64,000 nucleotides of DNA from Methanotrichaceae archaeon (GTDB taxonomy: Archaea > Halobacteriota > Methanosarcinia > Methanotrichales > Methanotrichaceae). Made by a program: the position numbers and the translations under genes. Each line of letters opens with the position of its first letter. Position 1 is the first letter of the stretch. Of this stretch, positions 57,179-64,000 are shown piece by piece. The DNA lies in assembly GCA_963748825.1 (NCBI GenBank), contig CAVVKN010000025.1, positions 1 to 64,000 on the forward strand, written 5' to 3'. The notes under the pieces are model-generated. The model saw only the letters and a list, made by a program, of their open reading frames with translations, did no database searches and was not told where the DNA came from.

Positions 57179-59501
57179 TGATTTTTCTCCGTGGTTGTTT
57201 ATTGATTAGCGCAAATGCTTTTTTAAGTTCCTGTTTAGCGTTCTCTAACACCTCACGCCGAATTTCCATGCGAATCATCAGAACTACAAAGACTGTGAAG
57301 GTGGTGACCAGTGCAAAGATAACCGCCATCACAGTCACCAGTCCGAAGTTGCTGGTGATGTTGAAGGGCGATGTGATCAGCGCTGCAAAGCCGAAGGTCA
57401 CAGTCATCCCCGATGCCACTAGGGCGGAACCGATGCGATTGGCGGTGATCTTCAGGGCCTCAAAGGGATCTCCGACATTTTGCAGCTCTTCATAGAAGCG
57501 CTCCATCATCAGAATTGCGTACTCTGATCCAATTCCCAGCACCAGGGCTCCGAGGGTGGCAGTCAGTGGTGTGTACTTCAATCCTCCTAGATACATAACT
57601 CCGCCCATCCAGCCGATCACCACCAGCATGGGCAGTACCGGCAGAAGGGCCTTGATCAGATCTCTGTATATTATTAAGAGCAGGATGAAGATCAGGACGA
57701 GACCGAGCAGCGACATCTCCACCCTTCCGGTGGTCAGAGCGCTTATGGTCGCCGTACTCACCATGTTGTTTCCTGTCATCTTGACTGATATATGGGGTGG
57801 AGGAGTCACCCAGGCCAGGTCCCTTTCAAATTCCTTGGTGAGTCGGTCAAAGTTTTCCAGTCCCAGATTCGAGGCAGTCTGACCAAGATTTACATCTATC
57901 ATGGCCGTATTATGGCCACTAAGATATTTGCGTTGTACGGATTGGGGTAGGCTATCGATTATGGCTCTAATTTCCGTCCGGTCGTCAGGCAGCGTCCCGC
58001 CGTTCATCTGCTTAATGTAGGTGACTATGCTGGTAGCGCCGTGAACCTGATCTCTGGACTTTTGCAGGTAATCGCTGAATTCGTCCATCCATTGCAGGTT
58101 CTTCGGATCTGTGAGATCGTCTCCCTGAACTATGAACTGAATGGAGTCTGTGCCGCCGTAAATGCTGCTCATGTGTCTGAAATCAATAAGAGGCGGCAGA
58201 TCCTGGGGAATATAATTTTTCGTGTCCGTCTCCACTGCAACCTGGCTGTCCAGATAGTTTCCGGCCAGGGCGAATATAAGGGCAACAGCCAATACCGCTT
58301 TCCACTTATGAATACAAAAGTCCGCAGTTCTCTCCACATAAGAGCCAATGGCCGATCCGTTATCTAATCCGTTCCCCGACTGACTTATTGCTTTCCTTCT
58401 CCGAGACCCAGTTCTCTTCTCGCCCAGCCACAGAGCCGTCACTCCCACAAATAGGGCGGACAGATAGCACATGAAAAGCCCGATTATGCACAGCTTTCCA
58501 AAATCACGGATCATGGGAACTGAAGAGTTGAGGAGAGCCACAAATCCTGCTACTGTAACAATCAATGCGATCATTACTGGAATGGCCACGTGATTGACCG
58601 TATTGATGGCCGCCCTGACAGGCGACTCACCCTTGGCGAACTCTTCGTCAATCCTGTTGTGGAATTGAATGGCATAATCGATGCCTATTCCAATGAGGAG
58701 TGGGAACGCGGAAAATGATACCATGGTCATGGGAATATGAAATAGCCCCATGGCTCCGAAGGTCCAGATTATTCCCAGGAAGACGACAGGTATGGGCAGA
58801 AGCGGCCACTTGACATGCCGGAAGACCAGCAGCAGAGCGAAGACCATCAGCACGCCCGCCAGGAGCATGATCTGGCTCTGGCTGGCGCTCATCGCATCAG
58901 TGATCGATTTCATGAGCGCCGGTGTGCCCGTAACTGTCACGTCGTACCCCGGCGGGAAATCAGCCAACTTAACCGCTTCCTTAATCTCTCTCAAGATCTC
59001 GGATCTCTGGCCGTCTGTGATGTAGACCGGGTCCTCAATGGACATCATGGTATGCCTTTGGTCGGGCAACAGGGCCTGCACCAGAGGGCCGCCACCGGCC
59101 AGTATTTCGTCAATTCGTTCTTGAGATGGGATCTGCCGAATACCGTCTGTTTTTGCCTCGGCATCGGCCACCATATCGGCAATGCTGCTGACAGACGACA
59201 CCCTGGGAACATCCTTGACGAAGTCGGATAAGCGCAGCGCAGCTTTGAGAGCTTTAGCGCTTGCCACATTATCTCCTTCGATCAATACCGCTATGGATTC
59301 CGTGCCGAAATTCTCTTTGTAGAGGTGGTCGTAAATCTGGTAGAGAGGGGATTCTTTGCCTACCATGCTCTCGGTATTCATGCCCTGCGTGGTGATCGAC
59401 TGGGCGAAAGATAAGGAGGCAAATGTCAAAATCAACGCTACAGCAATGATTATTACAGGATTCTTGGTGATCCACACCCCAAGGCGCTCCAAGTCGATCA
59501 T
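57168..59501 (-). CDS. RND/MMPL (HAE3) family transporter
   Basis: GIGIDYAIQFHNR and GIGSEYAI; two TM bundles. Confidence 0.9.
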   Translation of the reverse strand: MIDLERLGVWITKNPVIIIAVALILTFASLSFAQSITTQGMNTESMVGKESPLYQIYDHLYKENFGTESIAVLIEGDNVASAKALKAALRLSDFVKDVPRVSSVSSIADMVADAEAKTDGIRQIPSQERIDEILAGGGPLVQALLPDQRHTMMSIEDPVYITDGQRSEILREIKEAVKLADFPPGYDVTVTGTPALMKSITDAMSASQSQIMLLAGVLMVFALLLVFRHVKWPLLPIPVVFLGIIWTFGAMGLFHIPMTMVSFSAFPLLIGIGIDYAIQFHNRIDEEFAKGESPVRAAINTVNHVAIPVMIALIVTVAGFVALLNSSVPMIRDFGKLCIIGLFMCYLSALFVGVTALWLGEKRTGSRRRKAISQSGNGLDNGSAIGSYVERTADFCIHKWKAVLAVALIFALAGNYLDSQVAVETDTKNYIPQDLPPLIDFRHMSSIYGGTDSIQFIVQGDDLTDPKNLQWMDEFSDYLQKSRDQVHGATSIVTYIKQMNGGTLPDDRTEIRAIIDSLPQSVQRKYLSGHNTAMIDVNLGQTASNLGLENFDRLTKEFERDLAWVTPPPHISVKMTGNNMVSTATISALTTGRVEMSLLGLVLIFILLLIIYRDLIKALLPVLPMLVVIGWMGGVMYLGGLKYTPLTATLGALVLGIGSEYAILMMERFYEELQNVGDPFEALKITANRIGSALVASGMTVTFGFAALITSPFNITSNFGLVTVMAVIFALVTTFTVFVVLMIRMEIRREVLENAKQELKKAFALINKQPRRKINGN

Positions 59502-59566
59502 GCCAATAAAACCTTCCATTCGGATTTTGTAGAACGGACCGAATAAACGCAAAATACTTAAACTTT

Positions 59567-60133
59567 GTGATTGACCTGATAATTGTGAACAACGAAGAAA
59601 TGCTGGCGCTAAAGAAGCCCATCATTGATGCATGCGTAAAATCTGCTAAAAAAAAAGGGTGGAGCGATGCGATGGGAATACTCCGAGGCACCCTCTTCCT
59701 GGAAAGCGAACCCGTCTCCCTTGATGCGCTGGCCGAGAAGACCGGCTACAGCAAAACGACAGTGCGCTCCAATATGAGCTATCTCGAAAACCTTGGCATG
59801 GCCCGTCGTGTGGTGGGTCCTGTGGGCAAGCAGCACCGCTATAAACAGCATCGCTATGCTTTGGAGACAGACACAGAAGCGATGAGGCCGGTGGTCCTGT
59901 CTGCAGCAAAGGATGAGATCCGTTCGGTCTTGCAGGCTCTCAATCAAATCGAAAAGAACCTTGAGGGCCATAGCCAGGAGGCCGAAACGATGAGCGCGAT
60001 AGTGTCAAAAACAAGACAATTTTATGAAGAGATGGACAGAATCATGCATCTTATGGACCATTACACTTTGAAAGAGCTAATTGAGATTTTGGAGCGAAAT
60101 AAGAAGGCCCCATTGGCCAATCAGATAATATGA
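59567..60133 (+). CDS. GbsR/MarR-like transcriptional regulator divergent from RND operon
   Basis: EPVSLDALAEKTGYSKTTVRSNM..LE HTH; start uncertain. Confidence 0.82.
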   Translation: MIDLIIVNNEEMLALKKPIIDACVKSAKKKGWSDAMGILRGTLFLESEPVSLDALAEKTGYSKTTVRSNMSYLENLGMARRVVGPVGKQHRYKQHRYALETDTEAMRPVVLSAAKDEIRSVLQALNQIEKNLEGHSQEAETMSAIVSKTRQFYEEMDRIMHLMDHYTLKELIEILERNKKAPLANQII

Positions 60134-60143
60134 CCAGGCTCAT

Positions 60144-60755
60144 ATGACCGACCGCGCGAAAGAGCTTGAGGCGGCAGCAAGGGACATTGATCCCGCATCC
60201 CTGCAAGCTGCAAAGGCCGCCGTCGCCGCATCCTGCCGGGAGTACATCCGCTGGGCCGACCTCTTCTCCCGCCGCCTGGAGACAATAAAGCCGGAGGAGA
60301 TACACAAGTTCGCTCGGGCGTTCAGCCTCACATTGCTCGGCCACCTGCCCACCAAGCCCGGCACCTGCCCATTCTGTATCCAGTACGACCGGGACAAAAG
60401 CTGCGGGGGCTGTGGCTATGCGGCAACGCATGGCCGCTGCGATGCAGACGATTCCGCCTTCAGCCTCTTCATCGAGGCCTTTCAGGAGCTGGGGCGGGCG
60501 ATATACCAGGATACGGGCGAGCTAGGCTGCTCACCCCACGATGCCCGGATGCATCTCAATTCATCCATAAAAACCTCCTGCGAATTGGCTTTGCGGATGC
60601 AAGAGGATCTTCCTTTCGCTTCAGCCCTGAGGCTTATGGAGCTGAAGGCTGCATATCTCGATGCAATGATCAAATTGCTCCCTGATGAGATCTTAAGCGA
60701 AGAGGTCGCCAGAAAGCGCCGTCTCGTTGAAAGAATGCTCCTTGATTATTGGTAG
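60144..60755 (+). CDS. Hypothetical protein with Cys cluster
   Basis: CPFC...CGGCGY...HGRC. Confidence 0.7.
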   Translation: MTDRAKELEAAARDIDPASLQAAKAAVAASCREYIRWADLFSRRLETIKPEEIHKFARAFSLTLLGHLPTKPGTCPFCIQYDRDKSCGGCGYAATHGRCDADDSAFSLFIEAFQELGRAIYQDTGELGCSPHDARMHLNSSIKTSCELALRMQEDLPFASALRLMELKAAYLDAMIKLLPDEILSEEVARKRRLVERMLLDYW

Positions 60756-60795
60756 AACTGAAGAAAGACGATGGCAATGGGACAAATATTAATTT

Positions 60796-62268
60796 ATGAA
60801 GCTGACATCAAGTCCCTGGATGCAGACGTGCACTGATTCGGATACCAGGAAATGCGCTCTTATCATCGCCACGCTCACCTCTTTCTTGCCGCCCTTCATG
60901 GCCTCCTCCATCAACATCGCTCTGCCGGCCATTGGAGCCGAGTTCTCCATGGATGCGATCCTTTTAGGGTGGATTGCCACCAGCTATCTGCTCTCCGCCG
61001 CCGTCTTCATGGTGCCCTTCGGAAAAATCGCCGATATCTACGGCATGAAGAAGGTCTTTTTCGTTGGTCTTTTCATATTCACGGCATCGTCTCTGGTTGC
61101 CTTCTTTGCTCCTACCTCCACGATCCTCATCGGCTCAAGGATTCTGCAGGGCTTCGGAAGCGCCATGATCTTCGGCACGGGGACGGCCATTTTAGTCAGC
61201 GTATTCCCTCCGCAGGAGAGGGGAAAGATCTTAGGAATCAATGCCGCCTCCGTTTACCTGGGCCTCTCGTTGGGGCCTTTCCTGGGGGGCCTGCTCACTC
61301 AGTACTTCGGCTGGAGAAGCCTCTTTCTGATCAACGTTCCCCTGGGACTGATTCCGCTGGCCCTGGGTCTTTGGAAGCTGAAAGGCGAGTGGGCCGGAGC
61401 CAGAGAGGACAGATTCGATCTGGTCGGATCGGCAATCTACAGCCTGATGCTCGTGGCCGTTATGTTCGGCTTTTCCCTTCTTCCGGCGTGGCAGGGGGCC
61501 GTCCTGGTGCTGTTGGGAATGGCAACCTTTCTCCTGCTCATCCGCTGGGAGTCGGGGGTGGCCTGTCCGGTGCTGGACGTGAACCTCTTTAAAAAAAATC
61601 ACGTCTACGCTTACTCCAATCTGGCGGCTCTGATCAGCTACAGCGCCACCTTTGCCATAACCTTCCTGCTCAGCCTCTACCTGCAATACATCAAGGGCCT
61701 GGAGCCCGATCAGGCCGGACTGATCATGCTGGCCCAGCCAGCCGTGATGGCCATTTTTTCCCCCTACACAGGAAAGCTCTCCGACAGAATGGAGCCGCGC
61801 CTCGTGGCCACCGCCGGAATGGCTCTCACATTTGTGGCCGTCTTAGCATTCGTATTTCTAAACGGGGAGACAAGCCTCTTTTTTATCGTAGCCTGCCTCA
61901 TCACCTTGGGCTTTGGGCTGGCACTATTCACCTCACCTAACACCAACGCCATTATGTCTTCCGTAGAGCCGCGCCATTACGGCGTAGGGTCGGCCACTCT
62001 TGGAACCATGCGTCTGGTGGGACAGGTCTCCAGCATGAGCTTTGTCATGATGGTCTTCTCGCTGTATCTGGGAAAGGTGGAGATCACGCCGCAGTATTAT
62101 CCCCAGTTCCTGGCCAGCGTGAAGGTGTCCTTTGTCGTCTTTTCCGTCCTTTGCATTCTGGGGATTTTTGCCTCCCTGGCTAGAGGGAAATTAAGGACCG
62201 GAGGACATGGACAAGGAGAAGACAGGCTAGCATTAAATGGAAAAGCAATGCAGGAAAGCAATAAATAA
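60796..62268 (+). CDS. MFS (DHA2/EmrB-like) transporter
   Basis: INIALPAI, GKIADIYGMKK, many TM segments. Confidence 0.92.
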   Translation: MKLTSSPWMQTCTDSDTRKCALIIATLTSFLPPFMASSINIALPAIGAEFSMDAILLGWIATSYLLSAAVFMVPFGKIADIYGMKKVFFVGLFIFTASSLVAFFAPTSTILIGSRILQGFGSAMIFGTGTAILVSVFPPQERGKILGINAASVYLGLSLGPFLGGLLTQYFGWRSLFLINVPLGLIPLALGLWKLKGEWAGAREDRFDLVGSAIYSLMLVAVMFGFSLLPAWQGAVLVLLGMATFLLLIRWESGVACPVLDVNLFKKNHVYAYSNLAALISYSATFAITFLLSLYLQYIKGLEPDQAGLIMLAQPAVMAIFSPYTGKLSDRMEPRLVATAGMALTFVAVLAFVFLNGETSLFFIVACLITLGFGLALFTSPNTNAIMSSVEPRHYGVGSATLGTMRLVGQVSSMSFVMMVFSLYLGKVEITPQYYPQFLASVKVSFVVFSVLCILGIFASLARGKLRTGGHGQGEDRLALNGKAMQESNK

Positions 62269-62277
62269 AAATAGCCT

Positions 62278-63372
62278 TCAGGACAGATGCCGCCGGAGCA
62301 CATCCTGATAAAGCCTCTTTACGTTCTCGCTGGTCTTGGCCATCTCCGGAAATCCCCGGTATTGCATGGCCTCCGGCACGTCCTCAGCTAGTTTGAGCTT
62401 GTACTGGCTGCGAGATAGGAACCAGCCCTGCCTGGCGTAGTAGCGGGAGAGATACTCCTGCTCCGTCTGGCCGGGAGTGGGTGTGAAGAGGCCGTGCTTC
62501 TTGTCGAGCTCCGCCATTTCCATCATAGTAGTATAGCCGGACCTTGTAATGATGAACCTGGCCCGGTTCATAAGCTCTGCCTTCTCCTCTGTGGAGACGT
62601 AGGAGTGCACCGTGGTGTGCCCGTCCACCTTTCGATGCGAGTCCTTTTGCGGGCTTCCCAGGAGGACCACCTTCTCGCCGGGGAGGGTCTGCACCTGCTT
62701 CATAATAATCTCCTCCAGCTTTGTCCTCTGCGGCTCGGGACCGGATACGATGGCCAGGAAGTCCAGGTCCTCGGCCACCGCCATTTTTCTCGTGCTTGTC
62801 AAGATTCCTGCGTAGTAGACCCTGCGTTTCGTGACATCGAGATTGGAGCGACAGAGCTTGCCGCTCAAATTCTTGCCGTTGCCGTTGGGATCGATATCCG
62901 GCACAATCACGCCCTTAAATTTGCTGTGAAAGAAGCTATTGAAGGGAATGGTCAATATCTCTAAGGGATAGAGATAGCCGGGCATGCTGTAGCGCAGTTG
63001 ATGAGTGATGAAGTAGCTGGGAATCTTGGGACTGTAGACACACATGCGGTTGTCGCTGATGATCATGTCGAATTTATTTTCAGCCAGTATTTGTTCCAGC
63101 CTCTTTCTCTCAACAGCAAAAGCCCGCAGCAAGGCTGGAATGCCTGCGATAAAATTGGGAAGGAAAAACCGAGAGTCGCTGTAGGGTACCGGATAGTCCT
63201 TGAAGAGGATGAAATTACACTCTGGACATTCTCTCTGCAAGAGTGCCAGGGCATTGCCGCTAGTGCCTATGGTCACTTCATGCCCCTGGCGCAAAAGCTC
63301 CTCAATGATGGGAATGTCTCGGGTGGAGTGGCCCAGACCCCAATTGAGGGGACTTACAAGTACATGTCCCAT
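62278..63372 (-). CDS. GT-B glycosyltransferase (GT28-like)
   Basis: NWGLGHSTR, SGPEPQR, RSGYTT, PTPGQTEQ. Confidence 0.85.
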   Translation of the reverse strand: MGHVLVSPLNWGLGHSTRDIPIIEELLRQGHEVTIGTSGNALALLQRECPECNFILFKDYPVPYSDSRFFLPNFIAGIPALLRAFAVERKRLEQILAENKFDMIISDNRMCVYSPKIPSYFITHQLRYSMPGYLYPLEILTIPFNSFFHSKFKGVIVPDIDPNGNGKNLSGKLCRSNLDVTKRRVYYAGILTSTRKMAVAEDLDFLAIVSGPEPQRTKLEEIIMKQVQTLPGEKVVLLGSPQKDSHRKVDGHTTVHSYVSTEEKAELMNRARFIITRSGYTTMMEMAELDKKHGLFTPTPGQTEQEYLSRYYARQGWFLSRSQYKLKLAEDVPEAMQYRGFPEMAKTSENVKRLYQDVLRRHLS

Positions 63373-63758
63373 GAAAGAGGACAGTGCTGCCTGGTTGTAT
63401 AAATCATTTCCTCGGGGAAACTTTTAATTATAATATGAGTTGATGCGATCAGAACCAGATGAATTTCAGTTACAAAATCTCTATCTGAGTTCCAACTTCG
63501 CCTTTCTCCAGAGCAACAAAGTATGCTTGAAGCCTCTTGCAAGCAAAAATATCAGAAATAGAATTCATTATTAAAGGATTTTTCAATTAACAAGATGATA
63601 ATGAACATTTTGTTTTTATAAAAACTTATGTGCCTCACTTTTTAGGAAATCTCTTTCCAGAACTGTTATAAATAATTTAAAATTAAATAGATTAGCATTA
63701 AATAGTTGTAGGCGGATTTGCTCCTGATTTGTGCTCAGAAATTATTAGAGGTATTGAT

Positions 63759-64000
63759 ATGGCAAAGGATGTTCGCGATAGATCCATAGATCCCGCCAGC
63801 CGGGAGATGCTCGATGTCTGCCAGAGAGCCGGTCTGGAGACTGCCTGGGATCGCTTCGATAAACAGCAGCCTCAATGCGGCTTTGGCGAGCTTGGTCTGT
63901 GCTGTCGAAACTGTAACATGGGACCCTGCCGCATTGATCCCTTCGGAGAGGGGGCCATCAAGGGCGTCTGCGGAGCGACGGCTGACATAATCGTTGCCCG
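63759..64000 (+). CDS. cooS: Anaerobic carbon-monoxide dehydrogenase catalytic subunit, 5' part (runs off window)
   Basis: TAWDRFDKQQPQCGFGELGLCCRNCNMGPCRI...GVCGATADIIVA. Confidence 0.92.
   Translation, partial: MAKDVRDRSIDPASREMLDVCQRAGLETAWDRFDKQQPQCGFGELGLCCRNCNMGPCRIDPFGEGAIKGVCGATADIIVA

Noticed and set aside
63400-63750. AT-rich tract upstream of cooS as foreign DNA or origin
   Set aside because: Consistent with a divergent promoter region; no ORB-like repeats or cdc6 nearby

Overview
Archaeal methanogen chromosome segment; gene content and style fit Methanothrix/Methanosaeta (Methanotrichaceae), which is an inference. Core blocks are the MCR-activation cluster (atwA plus methanogenesis markers 3/6/5/15/17/7), cimA-ilvB-ilvN-ilvC, nadA, ycaO-tfuA-thiS, eIF5A-agmatinase, argC-CBS-argJ-argH, an RND/S-layer pair and the 5' end of cooS. 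An accessory island of about 23.6-38.2 kb lies between ilvC and the 3' end of tRNA-Leu(CAG). Its most unusual part is a ~5.5 kb array (29.2-34.8 kb) of six unrelated type II/VII toxin-antitoxin modules plus one relic copy. They are separated by co-oriented copies of a GC-rich non-coding repeat, giving an integron-like cassette layout, but no recombinase or canonical attC is visible. A second recurring pattern is small cargo segments bracketed by an intact gene and a decayed duplicate of its 3' end (ilvC, a PNPOx-like gene, a methyltransferase). Three housekeeping-type genes have single-base frameshifts that may be assembly errors. All family calls come from motif recognition by eye; no searches were run.
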